A DNA stretch of 64,000 bases from contig NC_043008.1 in NCBI RefSeq assembly GCF_006345805.1, positions 37,262,001 to 37,326,000 of the forward strand, read 5' to 3'. The translations under genes and the position numbers were made by a program. The notes beneath the pieces were generated by a model that was not told the origin of the DNA, searched no databases, and saw only the letters and a program-made list of their open reading frames with translations. Positions 26,991 through 40,724 of this stretch are shown here, in pieces (positions within the stretch are counted from its first letter, which is position 1; each line of letters opens with the position of its first letter). Origin of the DNA: Octopus sinensis. Taxonomy: Eukaryota.

Positions 26991-27399
26991 TGCAAGACAA
27001 GGTGTTAGGAAGGGCATCCAGCCTCAACTGGGGGAAGTAGTATTGAGGGACAGAGGAGGTGTCGTGCATTAGGAGAGAAAGATTGTAAAGATGTGATGGA
27101 AGGGGGAAGGGGATGTACTCCAAGTTATGGGCAGGTGTGTGCAGTGAGGTGGACTGGGGATTGAAGAAGGCAAGTGGGTGAGTTCATAAAATTTCAAAAG
27201 GAAAGTAGGAACTAGTAGGGGATGAGTGGGATGTAATGAGTGGGGACTGGTAGAGGGAAGGGGTATTGAGATAAGTTGTGAGGAAGTAACTGAAAAGAAC
27301 ATATTGTGAGTAGGTAGGTACATGATAGAGAGGGGAGGGGTGGGGGATACAGTGGTGGTCGGCATGGGGGGGGTTGTGAGGGGAAGTGGTACCTGGGGT

Positions 27400-27720
27400 C
27401 CATGGGCACAGATTTTACTTAGTTGGGCAGGTCTTCTCTAGCATGGCAAATCAACATTTGTCTTGGTCCATGTCATTTCATCTGTAAGGCTCAACATCTG
27501 AAGACCATTTCTCGCCACATCATTCCTGGGTCTTCCTTTTCCCACAGGTTCCCTCCTCATTTAGTGATTGGTATTTGTTTCTTTATGCAACTGTCCTCTC
27601 CCATACACATCACCCTTACCAGCACAGTCTTCTCTCATATACACTACCGCTGATGCCCCTTCTATTCAATTTTTCTCTCAAAACATGTATACCTTGCTGT
27701 AAATGCACACTGACTCAACT
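27400..27720 (-). mobile_element. RTE LINE 3' fragment
   Basis: Minus strand resembles 9400-9720 (..GRPRNDVARNGLQMLSLTDEMTWT..). Confidence 0.55.
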
Positions 27721-29327
27721 CATGTATTGTTTTGTGACCCTGTAGGGTCAGGAAGACACTTATGTCTATAGTAGACACAACACGCCCATGCTTACCACTA
27801 CTGTACACCTCTCCACTTTCCATTATGAATCTACCTTCTCACAACATGTTCCTTTCAATCACTTCCCCCAACTTATCCCCTTAGTACCCCCTCCCTCTAC
27901 CAGTCCCCACTCATTACATTCCACCCACCCACCTACTACTAGTAGCTGCTTATTTCCAATAATGACGTCTGCACGGACGACCTCCTAGTGTTGTTTCTAA
28001 CACAGACGCAAAACTTGAAATTTGTGGAAACAATAAAAGGTAAGCTTGTTCTTAGTGGGATTTGAACTCAGAAAGTAAAGAGTCAGAATAAATGCTGCAA
28101 ACCCTTTCTTCTGATGCTCTAATGACAGTAATAATAAGAATAATAGTGCTTTCTAAGGTGTGCCTGAGAGGGGGAAGTAGCTGGGTGATGCAATGAATTT
28201 TATAAATTACTGGCAGTCATTTTAATCATCTTGGAAGTTAAGTGAAAGACAATCCCCCTTGTTAGAGTTTGAAGTCAGAAGAATTTAGAGGGATTGTCCA
28301 AATATTGTAAATAACTCAGTTTAAAGCTCTGCTGCTTCTATTAAATCTAGCTTCCGACCAAACCCAAAAATTTGATCCTTTTTATCCAAGCAAAATACTG
28401 ATCTTTACATTGATTAGTAGGTAGTTAACTCAAGCAATATTAATGTATTACTAGCAAAAACAGGCTCTTGTAGGTTTTGATGTCTTCTTCTTAATTTCTG
28501 TTCTGTGTTGTATTGCATATTGGGTTCTGTTAGCATATCAGTTTTTTTTATTTCTTTGTTTTAATAAGTAGCAATTATTAATTCTTTGCTGAATCCCTTC
28601 TCGTTTTCTGGATACAGAGATACTGTAAATAGTCTCCCATGACCATTCTCACAATTTGACAGACAGAGCGGATTCTGTTTCCAACGATTTGGTTTTGGTT
28701 TCAATCCTACTGTGCAGCACCTTAAGCAAGTGTTTTCTGTGATAGTCCTGGGCTGACCAACTTAGCAGTTCAGTAATAAAGAACGACAGAATAAGTGTCA
28801 GACTTAGAATAATAAATGCTAAGAGTGATTTGTTTGGCTAAATATTCAAAGTGTTGCTCCAGCATGGCCACAGACCAATGACTGAAACAAATAAAAGATA
28901 AAAGATAAACAGATGGAAAAGGGGAAAAGAATAAGCCCCATTACTTGACCGGTACTTTATTTACTAACCTGATAAATAAAAAAGTGAAAGGTGACTCCAG
29001 CAGGATTTGAACTCATAATGCAGAGATGTGGAAACAATACTCCCCTACAGTTTATTCAACGATCTAATGATTCTGCAAAGTTGCTGCCCTCAAGATTTTG
29101 ATGTAGAGAAACAACAGCTGAACTACATTAAGTCTAGTGCTGTACAGTTTTTGCAATATGACTTTTAGGGATCTATATCAAGTCCATGTTGACCATGTGT
29201 TTGCACATGTCTGCACAGGCCTGGGCAAGATTGTGTTCCAGAGGTTGAGTTACAGTGGCCCAAGCAAGCAACTCTACCTTCCTTGTGCTACTAATGTTTA
29301 TGCAAAGGTTAAAAAAAAGCTGCTGAC

Positions 29328-29402
29328 TTGGGGTCATACAGCATGGCACCAGAGTCTTTGCATGGCACCAGGGTTTCAGAATGCATAAACTCAGAATAAA
29401 TA
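29328..29402 (-). CDS. Candidate exon, phase 2-2
   Basis: CATTTCAG acceptor, IYSEFMHSETLVPCKDSGAMLYDP, AA|GTCAGC donor; phase compatible with the exon at 33940-34005. Confidence 0.28.
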
Positions 29403-30958
29403 CTGAAATGGTTCTTGCTTTATTCTCTAAGAATTACAATTATCCAGAGATCAACAACGTGGTTAATATCAATCCTAAGGGTCTATATAAAACCAAGGGG
29501 TCGATAAACACCTGAAATGGTTGTGAGCATTAAGTGTGCTGAATTACCAGCTAACTGGATTTAGAAAAGCATGGAATTTAAGGTTAATTTCCTCTAAACA
29601 TCGAAGCAATAACCAATATTTGCTAAACATATATTTCATATTAAATATTCTGACTATATTAATATAATATGATGTGAATGAAATTTTATTGTTCTTTATC
29701 TGTTTCATTAAGTATTTTTATTAGATTTATTTAAATGCTTCTTGTTGAAAATTATTCATAATACAAAAGAATGAAGGAATTATTGTTTGTAAATCAAGAA
29801 AATTTTATATTAATTATACTTTTTAATCTTATTTAAGAAATTTACGTTAGGATGGGATGAGGGTTGATAAGTTACCAGCATTGCTTCCATGAAGGGGTTC
29901 AATGATACAGGAAGTCTGCCAACCCCTGCACTGATCCACCTTTTTTAATCAGCTTTGAAAGGACAAGAGGCAAATTTTACCTCAGTGGGATTAGAACTTA
30001 GAGCAGAGGAAGCTGGAACAAAAACTGCAAAAGCATTCTGCCTGGTCCTCTAACAACTCTGCCATTTTACTGACTTGCCGAATGATTATTCTAGTAATAA
30101 TAATGATATTTCATTTGAAGATTAGGTGTATAGTTAATTACTATGGCCTTGGCATAGCTAATTAGTAATAATTCTATCAACCTCAGAGGGATAAATGTAG
30201 CATTTGAATTCATAATGTAATGTGATTTATCTAAACACCTTAAGATGCTTAGTTTGACACTTCACCATGTCTACCACAGCAATGCTTTTAACTTAATATC
30301 ATAGACATTTTTTTAAAAACTTTGGTACAAGACTACAGAACTGTGAAAGAAGTACTACTTGAATTGTACATTTATGAGTTCAAACCATTAGAACTGAACT
30401 TTAGAACTGTGATTTCTAATGCTTTTGCTTCCATAAATCAATTCCATCATTCAACAGTCTTTTGATACTTATTGAATTCTAAATTACTCTGTTTCCACTG
30501 AAATACTCCAGAGACTCTCTGATTTTCAGATGCTCTAGCACTTTATAAGTGTTTTATTCATTCTTATTCCTAAATTACTCTGTTCTAGCAAAGTGGCATT
30601 ATTGCAGGAGATCTATTTAAGGTCTGCTATAATTATTATCCCATGAGGAGCTGGTATGCAAAGAAATGGTGTATAGAGATTGGTTTTGTCAGAATACTGT
30701 TATGGTCATAGTCCAGAGGTTTAGCAGGAATTTTTGATGAAGTAGTTCAGAACTGAATCTGTCAGATATTTACATCAAGTACACTTCATTTTATTTCATT
30801 GACAGACATTATACATATGTATGTGTGTGCACGTGTATGTATGCATGTGTGTATGTATGTATATATGTATGTATGTTGTATATATATGTAAGTTGTATAT
30901 ATGTATGTATATATATTTGTATATATATACATGTACATATGTATGAAAGTTTTATATA

Positions 30959-31348
30959 TCTTTATATATAAAAGACAGGTTGTGTGTCTGTCTCCTACGA
31001 TTTAGATTCCTAACTACTCCCACATTTTGCAGTGCAGTTTAACCAAAACCGGGTATCTTATAGTCGTGATTCATATCGAGCCCTTCTGGGTATTAGCACG
31101 TGTCTACGCTGAGTCTACGATTTAAAAAAAAAATTACCATAATTTTTTACCATTTTAATGCATTTTTTCGCTATTATATAAGGGAAGTAACTCTCTAAAA
31201 ATGTCTACGATGAGTCAACGATTTAAAAAAAAATTTACCATAATTTTTTTTCCATTTTTAATGCATTTTTTTGCTATTTTTTGGCTATAACTCTCTAAAA
31301 ATGCTTATATAGTTATTTCCCTTACAAACCCGAGCAATGCCAGGTGAT
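30959..31348 (+). mobile_element. Non-autonomous Helitron, 3' CTAG lost, internal tandem duplication of about 100 bp
   Basis: A|TCTTTATATATAAAAG 5' end; last 100 bp or so near-identical to 58080-58165, including the CCCGAGCAA.GCC.GG hairpin. Confidence 0.7.
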
Positions 31349-31468
31349 ATATATGTATGTTGACCTGCTCGCTTAGCCAGTAGGGTGGCATCATTCCAAG
31401 GCTAAAACATTGTGACCAGCGATGTGTAGCAACATCTGATGGTCTGGTCGGTCACAGTGATCACGGTG

Positions 31469-31469
<1 letters not shown>

Positions 31470-31499
<30 letters not shown>

Positions 31500-31575
31500 T
31501 GTATGTATGTATGTATGTTTGTATGTATGTATGTATGTATGTATGTATGTATGTTAGTATGTATGTATGTGTATA

Positions 31576-31607
<32 letters not shown>

Positions 31608-31665
31608 CATGTATGTATGTATGTATGTATTTTTGTATGTATGTATGTATGTATGTTTGTATGTC
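31470..31665. repeat. (ATGT)n microsatellite
   Basis: Direct reading. Confidence 0.95.
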
Positions 31666-31878
31666 ATTATTCAGTTTATTTTAAGATTTCTTGCCAATAG
31701 AGAAAGAACTGATTTCTAACCTAGATCCAAGGCTCCTTCATTGGAATTTCCACATCAACAACAAAATATTTTTGTTTGTAAGTATGTATGTATGTATGTA
31801 TGTATGTAAGTGCAGATTGTATGTTTTATGTATGTATTATCATACATATAGTTGCATATCTAGATATGCTCATATATA

Positions 31879-33163
31879 TTGGGTTGTCTGGAAAGTTTAT
31901 GCCGATTTTTAAAGGAAAGAAAAAGGTCAATAAATACTTGCCATTACATTTTTAATCAACCAAATATGAACCATTTTGTTGCACAATGCGTCTCCATCTT
32001 TCCTTTAACTTGAAAATACCCTCTTCACAGAATTGAGGTGGTTTCATGGCAAAAAAATTCATCAAGGTATCTTTTTATGTCATCCAAGGAACTGAAATTT
32101 TTACCATTAAGACTATTCTGCAGAGACCTGAATAAGTGGAAATCCGAAGGAGCAATATCTAGTGAATATGGAGGGCGGGGTAACACATTCCAGCTGAGCT
32201 GCAGTAATTTTTGTCTAGTTCCCAAAGAAACGTGCAGTCTTGCATTATCATATTGGGAAACAACACTCTTATCTGTTGGCTAATTCTGGACATTTCTCTT
32301 GAATTTCTGCTTTAACTCATCCAGTTGTGTGCAGTATTTCTCAGAATTAATTCTCTGGTTACTTGAGAGAAGCTCATAGTACAGAATTTCTTTCCAATCT
32401 CATCAGACACAAAGCAAGACTTTTTTAGGGTGAAAACTCGCTATTGGGGTGGCTAAGGGTGGCTCATGTCACTTACTCCAGTATTGCTTTCTCTGAACAT
32501 TTCGGTAGATAATCCATTTCTCATCACCTGTCACAATTTGCTTTAAAAAAGGCACATTTTCATTCTGTTTATAAAGCGAATCGCAGATGGAAATGTGATC
32601 CAAAAGGTTCTTCTCACTCAACTCATGTGGAACCCAAACATCATAGTGATTTGTGTATCCAAACTTTACCAGGTGCTCATGAACAACGGATTTTGATAGG
32701 TTGAGGCTTTCTGCCAATTCTCGGGTTGTGCAATGTGGGTTATTCTCAATTAATGACTTGATTTGGTCATCATCTGTAGTGGATGGTCTGCCTGATCACT
32801 CTTTATCAATAAGGATACAATCTCCAGCTCGGAACCATGCGAACCACTTCCATACAGTTCTTTTGGATAAAGAAACATCACCATAAACTGCGCATATTTC
32901 GTTGGTTGCTTGTGAGGCATTTTTCCCTTTATGGAAAAAGAAATGTATCAAGCGCCAAAAATGAACTTTCTTATCTTCCATTTTAAAGGGTTACTGAATC
33001 AACACAGGTTATAGGAACATAAACCTTCTTCCATGAAAAGATAGCTCAAACTGTGCTCTAAATGGAGGTGTAGTCAAATCCTATTTTATGGACTCATCCA
33101 TGTTCTAAAATAAGTCAAAAGGTAAGCTACTATGAATTGGCATGAACTTTCCAGACCATCCAA
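31879..33163 (-). mobile_element. Full-length defective mariner (DD34D), 1285 bp
   Basis: TIRs TTGGGTTGTCTGGAAAGTTTATGCCGATT and TTGGATGGTCTGGAAAGTTCATGCCAATT with TA flanks; MEDKKVHF.., WVPHEL, IVTGDEKW, DNAR and PYSLDIAPSDFHLF; frameshifts and stops. Confidence 0.95.
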
Positions 33164-33939
33164 TATTTAAATGATAAACTTCTGGAAAGTTTTACAGATT
33201 TTTACAATTCCAGTGATGGATTGGATCTGTAGTCTTTGAATTAGCTTTCTCCTTTCTGTTTTGAGAAGCCTAATTTCTCAAGATTGGTATTATTAATTAA
33301 TTTTTTTTTAACTAAACATGTTGAAACTTTGGATACTGGTACAATGTGTCACATACAACAAAATTTTGTATTTTAGAAGTTATTTCGTTACAAGTTACAG
33401 AGTGACAATGGACAAATTCGTGTTTGATAAGTGCCAATACATGAAACTCTCAGCTTTTGACTTACTCCGTAACTTCCACCAATAATATATATACATATTC
33501 ATATATGTGTAAAAAAATCTCATCACACAATCAAAGCAATGAAAGAGCCTCTACCTGGTCGCTCGACACGCTAAAAATAGCAGCCAATGTATCCTCCTAC
33601 CCAGTATTTTATAAGGTAAAATCTTAAATTATCAATTGACACATTGTTAATTATCATATAACAGCAATGCTTGGAAAAATCATGGATTCCATGGAAATCT
33701 GCAAGCATGAAAAGTAATATTCTTAAGATTATAAGCCTGGAAAAGTACAGGACAAGTTATTACACCTGTAAAAGTAGAGAAGAAACTATTATTTCAAGTA
33801 AAGTAAAGAATAAGAAACTTTTTACTTAAAATATATGTGTATAGACACACACACACACACACAATAGTAGAAAGATGGAGAGGGAGACACAGAGAGATAG
33901 CTACAAATGTTTATATTATTTGTATTATTTATTGAAGAC

Positions 33940-34005
33940 CTGAGATTCTGTTCATGTACTGCTCTGACGATATGAGTGAAGAGAGTCTTCAGTTGGGAAA
34001 TCACA
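33940..34005 (-). CDS. Candidate exon, phase 2-2
   Basis: Pyrimidine tract and TATCCAG acceptor, VISQLKTLFTHIVRAVHEQNL, AG|GTCTTC donor; 66 nt. Confidence 0.35.
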
Positions 34006-34185
34006 CTGGATACTCACAAAACTCAATAAAGGAAAAGAAAGTTATATACTACAGCAATACATAGTTATACTTGAACTTCTGTACTGAGTTCTTTTAATTC
34101 TTGGTTGTAAATTTTAACATACGTATTTTTACATACATATATGCATACATACATGTATGTATATGAATATATATATATATATATA

Positions 34186-34604
34186 GGTGTAGGTGTGGCT
34201 GTGTGGTAAGTAGCTTGCTTACCAACCACATTGTTCTGGGTTCAGTCCCACTGCATGGCACCTTGAGCAAGTGTCTTCTACTATAGCCTCAGGCCGACCA
34301 AAGCCTTGTGAGTGGATTTAGTAGATGGAAACTGAAAGAAGCCTGTCGTATATATGTATATATATATATGTATGTGTGTGTATATGTTTGTTTGTGTGTC
34401 TGTGTTTGTTCCCCCCAACATCACTTGACAACTAATGTTGGTGTGTTTACGTTCCCGTAACTTAGGAGTTCAGTAAAAGAGACCGATAGAATAAGTACTA
34501 GGCCTACAAAGAATAAGTCCTGGGGTCGATTTGCTCGACTAAAAGGCGGTGCTCTAGCATGGCCACAGTCAAATGACTGAAACAAGAACAAAAGAGTAAA
34601 AAAG
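34186..34604 (+). mobile_element. SINE family 1, full length
   Basis: Same consensus as the other family 1 copies. Confidence 0.9.
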
Positions 34605-34609
34605 TTGAC

Positions 34610-34619
34610 TATATAAATG

Positions 34620-34667
<48 letters not shown>

Positions 34668-34689
34668 CATGTGTTGCTTGTGTGTGTGT

Positions 34690-34777
<88 letters not shown>

Positions 34778-34778
34778 C
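34610..34778. repeat. (TA)n then (TG)n microsatellite
   Basis: Direct reading. Confidence 0.95.
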
Positions 34779-35688
34779 ACCATAGACATTGTTGATTAGA
34801 TATCAAATTATTAGCAGAAGGTTGACTGTCTGAATTATGTCAGTGTCGTTTGCAAGACACTTAACTCTCAAATTGGCAAAAACAATTAGCAGTAAATAAA
34901 TTCCAATGGAGGTCTGATGGAAGTTGCAGCTCTAAGTAATGGAAATACTCTATTTCAGAACTAATTTTTATGAAGAATGGTTATAATTAATTAAATTGAT
35001 GCATTATGTTACTTGCATAACTTTTCTTTGTTGTCAACAAATTTAGAAAGTAAAAGCATGTAAAAATGTCTCTTAGATTTTAACTTGGACCAATGAGAGA
35101 TAATAATATACACTATTACTTATCCATAGTCTGGAATTTTATAGTTTCGGAGTATTTTATACAAATTCTGTAGGACAGGATTCAACATCTGTCATTGTTA
35201 ATATGTTGCACTCCTGGTAACTGAATTAACTCTAAACCTGTTCATGTACAAATTAAAATATTCTGAGAGCAAATTAAAACTTTCTGAAAGCAAATTATAA
35301 TAATCTAAAGCAAAATTATCTCAGAGAAAAATATATACTTTCTGTTATTAGATAATGGTTTTCTAATTTAGGGTCGACAGTTTTAGGTTAACACTTTTGA
35401 GGGGAGGGGAATAGCTAATTAATTTCATCTAAGTACATGAATGATACTTTGTTGAATCAACTCTGGTAAGACAAGAAGTAGATTTGGTATCAGAAGGATT
35501 TCAATTCAGTAGGCAAAGAGTCAGAAAAATTCCACAAAGCATTTTCTTCTGAGGCTCTGACAATTCTGCCAGCACAAGACCATCAAACTATATCTTTCAA
35601 TGTCTTTATATAAAAATAATATAGTTTTTTTGTGATACAGTCCATCTATAAGTTTGGTATAAACTTTTGCAGCTTTCTTCAGTATTAC

Positions 35689-35763
35689 TTATGGGAATTT
35701 ATTGAACTTTTCAACAAATGTGTCAATCGTGTTCTATCTTCCTTGACTTTGTCACCAATGCCT
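35689..35763 (-). CDS. Candidate exon, phase 2-2
   Basis: CATCATAG acceptor, GIGDKVKEDRTRLTHLLKSSINSH, AA|GTAATA donor; 75 nt. Confidence 0.38.
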
Positions 35764-35779
35764 CTATGATGCAAATGCA

Positions 35780-36540
35780 ATGTATAATCTTCTATGCCCA
35801 AATATATGATATTACATTCTTCTATGCCCAAATATATGATATTGTATTCTTCTATGCTCAAATATATGATATTGCATTCTTCTATGTCCAAATATATGAT
35901 ATAGTTTTCTTCTATGCCCAAATATATGATATTGCATTCTTCTATGCCCAAGTATATGATATTGTATTCTTCTATGCCCAAGTATATGATATTGCATTCT
36001 TCTATGCCCAAATATATGATATTATATTCTTCTATGCCAAAATATATGATATTGCATTCTTCTATGCCCAAGTATATGATATTGTATTCTTCTAAGTCCA
36101 AATATATGATATTGCATTCTTCTATGCCCAAATATATGATATTGTATTTTTCTATGTCCAAATATATGATATTGCATTCTTCTATGTCCAAATATATGAT
36201 ATTGCATTCTACTATGCCCAAATATATGATATTGTATTCTTCTAAGTCCAAATATATGATATTGCATTCTTCTATGCCCAAATATATGATATTGTATTCT
36301 TCTATTCCCAAATATATGATACTGCATTCTTCTATGCCCAAATATATGATATTGCATTCTTCTATGCTCAAATATATGATATTGCATTCTTCTATGCCAA
36401 AATATGTGTTGTTGTATTCTTCTATGCTCAAATATATATTGCATTCTTCTGTACTCAAATATATGATATTGTTTTCTTCTATGCCCAAATATATGTCGTA
36501 TTCTTCTTTGCTCAAATATATGCTGTTATATTCTTCTTAT
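35780..36540. repeat. 30-bp minisatellite, about 25 copies
   Basis: Unit TCTATGCCCAAATATATGATATTGCATTCT with point variants, degenerating toward 36540. Confidence 0.97.
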
Positions 36541-36669
36541 TTCATCTACTCCAAAAGGATGAAAGGCAAAGTCAACCTCAGCGGGATTTGAATTCAGAAC
36601 GTGAAAACGAACAAAATAATGCTAAGCATTTCACCCAGCATGCTACCGATTCTGCCAGTTCATCGCCCT

Positions 36670-36672
<3 letters not shown>
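36541..36672 (-). mobile_element. SINE family 2, 5' half
   Basis: Reverse complement of GGCGATGAACTGGCAGAATCGGTAGC..TTCTGAATTCAAATCCCGCTGAGGTTGACTTTGCC. Confidence 0.8.
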
Positions 36673-36790
<118 letters not shown>

Positions 36791-37329
36791 CTTTCTACTA
36801 TAGGCACAAGGCCTGAAATTTGGACAGACATTACACATGGTGATATTTCAAGTGCAGACTTCTTCTATTACATGATGTGCAAGCTTCTTACCCCAAAGCC
36901 ATGACTACACCAATATAGCAATTTTTTTTCCATTTATTTGATTAATTTAACCACTACATGTAATACATCTAATTAAATGATGCTTGATTTAATATCTATT
37001 TTTAAATATAAACGAGCAATACATATATATATATATATATATGTGTGTGTGTATATATGTAGTTTTTTGGAACATTACGGTCATCAATGATTTATTATAG
37101 TTTCAAGTAATATAAAATAGTTAAAAACGAAAACCAATTTAAAGGATTACAGACTCATTGAATTCATGACTGCTAATGAAATTATCCAAATTTACTAGCA
37201 TTTCTCATACTAAAATAAAATAAAATTAACTAGTTTTTTTTTTTTAATCAAAGGAATATTAAGATTTAATATCCTATCAAGCATAATCAGATTCTTCAAT
37301 TTGAAGTAAAATAGGAAATATTTGTCTTT

Positions 37330-37588
37330 CACCATCATTGTTGCCATCACCATCACTATCTCCACCGCCATACCAACATCATAGTAATTACTATGACCAT
37401 AATCAACAGCATTTTAACCATCATCATCACCATGGAAACTATGCATATCGTCATCATCATCACCATAGAAACTATGCATATCGTCATCATCATCACCATG
37501 GAAACTATGTATATCGTCATCATCATCATCATCATCACCATCATCATCATCATTGTCATCTTCATCGTCATTGTCGTCCTCCTCCTTC

Positions 37589-37633
<45 letters not shown>

Positions 37634-37650
37634 CCATCACTAACACTATC
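37330..37650. repeat. (CAT/CAC)n low-complexity tract
   Basis: Direct reading; source of the poly-H/I/M/D ORFs in the track. Confidence 0.92.
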
Positions 37651-38109
37651 ATCCCTTCTGGAAGCTACCAATGCAATCACTATGAGTTCAATCCCATGGT
37701 ATAAACAACCTCAATCATGGGCAAGTGTTGTTTACAGTAACCTTGGATCAACCCAACCCTTATGAATAAAACTAGGGTAGACAAAAGCTGCTCAGTGTCC
37801 GTAGATTTAATGGAAAAAATCTGGCCTTGTGCTCTGCCATGTCACACTGATTCTGTCTGAGGATTATGTTAATGGTTCACATGTCTACATGTCTACTCAG
37901 CTTCTTACAGACTAGTTTAGTGGACAAGTAGATTAGTTGTATTAAAAAGAAAAAACAAATATTCATCGTTGAAACCGATGGGGATCCTTCAACTATGCTG
38001 TGCAATCATTGTGTATGAAACTAACCTCAACATCATCACTAATGATGTTTTTATCACCATCTTCCTTGTTTTTTGTTACTACAGCTATTATTGTCAGTAC
38101 AGTAAACAA

Positions 38110-38679
38110 TGCTACCACCACCACTACCACCACCACTACCACCACCACTGCCAGCACCACCACCAACACAACCACCACCACCACCACCACTGCCACCGCC
38201 ATCAAGAACATTCTTGGTTTTCTGCAGTTGCATGGTCTAGAAGAAAATTATTTTTTCCAATTCATGGAGGATTGTTATTGTTATTATTATTATTATTGTT
38301 TTTATTATTTTTAATAAATAGGAAATCATTTAGTAACAAATTTAATTAATCAGTTAAGGAAAATTTATATTATGAGATGTAGAATTTAACAATTAACAAA
38401 ACCAATGAGATGCTTTCGTCCACAGTTGTATGTCTCTGCAACAACACATCACCACCACCGCCACCACCACCACCACTACCACCTCCGCCATCATCCTCCT
38501 CCTCCTCATCATCATCACCATCACCATGGCCACCATCACCACGACCACCACCACGACCACCACAACCACCGCCACCACCACCACCACCACCACTATCATC
38601 ATCATCTTCATCATTGTCACCATCATCATCATTATCATTCTTCTTCTTCTTCTTTGTCATCTTCTTCTTCTTCTTCTTC

Positions 38680-38710
<31 letters not shown>

Positions 38711-38770
38711 CATCATTATTATTATTATTATTATTAGTTGTAGTAGTAGTAGTAGTGGTAGTAGTAGTAT
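38110..38770. repeat. (CAC)/(CAT)/(CTT)/(ATT)/(AGT) trinucleotide compound tracts
   Basis: Direct reading. Confidence 0.9.
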
Positions 38771-39194
38771 AAGGCAGAAAGTGGTAGAATCATTAGCATG
38801 CTGGGTGAAATGCTTAGTGGCATTACATCTGTCTTCACATTCTGAGTTCAAATTTCCCTGATGTTCACTTTGCCTTTTATTGCTTCAGGGTCGACGAAAC
38901 AAATACCAGTCAAGAACTGGGGATGATGTAGTCAACTAATCCCCACAAATTCCAGGTTTTGTACCAATAGTAAAAAAGATTATTACTATTATTATGAGTT
39001 TTTCTTCTTCAATTTTGTTTCCATTTCTTGCCAAGTGTCTTCCCGACACCTAGGGAAAAGAAACTCATTGTATACATTGATAGGCTATTAAAATAAACAC
39101 ATCAGATTGTTCATTAACAAAATCAAATAAATTTATGTCAAATAAAGAAGATATGTGAAGGTTATTGTTCTCACAGCAACAACACTCTTTTCAA

Positions 39195-39231
<37 letters not shown>

Positions 39232-39735
39232 CATCATCATCATCATCATCATCATTATTATCATCATCATTATTATTAAGGCGGTGAGCTGGCAGAGTCG
39301 TTAGTACGCTTGACGAAATGCTTAGCGGTGTTTTGCCTGTCGCTATGTTCTGAGTTCAAATTCTGCCCAGGTCAACTTTGCCTTTCATCCTTTCAGGGTT
39401 GAATAAATATGTATCAGTTTGCAGTGGGAGTCGATGTAATAGACTTACCCCTCCTCACAAATTTCAGGTCTTGTGCCTGTAGTAGAAAGGATTATTATTA
39501 TTATCATTATTATTATTATTATTTCTATTAGGGTGGTGAATTGGCAGAATCGTTAGCATGCCGGACAACATGTTTAGCAGCATTTTCTCAGTCCTTATGT
39601 TCTGAGTTCAAATTCCTGCCAAAGTCAACTTGGCCTCTTATCCTTTCAGGATGAATGAAATAAGTACCAGTTATGCACTGGAATCAAATGGCCCCCTCCC
39701 TCAAAATTTCAAGCCTTGTACTTATAGTAGAAAGT
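38770..39735 (+). mobile_element. Three SINE family 2 copies (38770-38985, 39279-39490, 39530-39735), each preceded by ATT-rich microsatellite
   Basis: Each has GGC..AGCTGGCAGAATC, TTCTGAGTTCAAATT, GTCAACTTTGCCTTTCATCC and AAATTTCAGG..TTGT.CCT..AGTAGAAAG. Confidence 0.85.
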
Positions 39736-40724
39736 ATTATAACTATTATCATTAAAAGCCTTTGTCTTCAGTTCAATTTTTTTTTAGTGTGTATTTTTAC
39801 TAAGTGGAATTTCATGGAAAAATAGTTTACTTTTGTCGACCTACTATGTAACCTACTATGTCTTGTCACTATTTTTCATGTTCAGAAGTATTTTATTGTG
39901 AAAAAAAAAAGAAATTCTTTCACCCATAAATTAACAACATGGTTTCTTGAAGTGCCCACTAAGACAAAAATTAAAACAAACACATTTTTATGGACAGGAA
40001 ATTTGAAAGATAAATTAGTTTAATTCTACTGCAGAATGAACATGTTTTATGAAAAAGAAGGATATTCTGATGGTAAAGAGTAAAAATATTTTGGGAAATT
40101 AGAATGATATGAAAAATGTACGCAGCAAGAATGTGCACATAATATATTTTGACAAACAAATTCCACTTATTTTACTTCCATTTCCCTCTATGTGCAAGCA
40201 ATAAAGGACTATGTTATTGATGCCTTGTTTTACAGCTCTATGCCTTCCCTGTCACTAACCCTCATCTGTTTTTCAAATAAGAGATTTATTTCATGTCTTC
40301 AAATGCATGAGGTGAATAGATAAGTTATAGACAGAAGGAACAACAATAACCCTAAGCACAAACGAACACACACTCATGCACACCATCGATGCATACACAT
40401 ACATGTGCACATATGCTCTCATGTATACATTCATATATATATGTGTGATGCAACTGGTTTCTTCATTTTCTGTCTTCTACTATATTCCAGAGCTAATTGA
40501 TGCCCATGAGGAAATAAATTTGAATGATAAAACATAACCAACAATTCTTTCTCTTAGCATCGTCTCCAAGGACCTCAATATGAATTGTCACTTGGAGAAA
40601 AGGGATTCTTGAAAAGATATATAACAAAGTTGTGTTTCTACTCAGTTCTTTGTCTTATCAAACAACAAGAAAAAAAACATAAACATATCTCTGCATTTCA
40701 AAAATCACACAGATCTTCCCATAC

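Noticed and set aside
28300-30760. Additional short open frames at 28330-28620, 29510-29555 and 30240-30756 as exons
   Set aside because: In-frame stops or no usable donor; the lengths are compatible with chance in AT-rich DNA.
31879-33163. Active or domesticated mariner/SETMAR-like gene
   Set aside because: Multiple frameshifts and stops, and no SET domain or splice evidence.
35780-36540. Possible CRISPR-like array
   Set aside because: The 30-bp units are contiguous with no unique spacers, the context is eukaryotic, and there are no cas genes.
37330-38861. Poly-His/Pro/Met/Asp/Ile ORFs in the track
   Set aside because: They are translations of trinucleotide microsatellites, open in most frames on both strands, with no splice or codon evidence.
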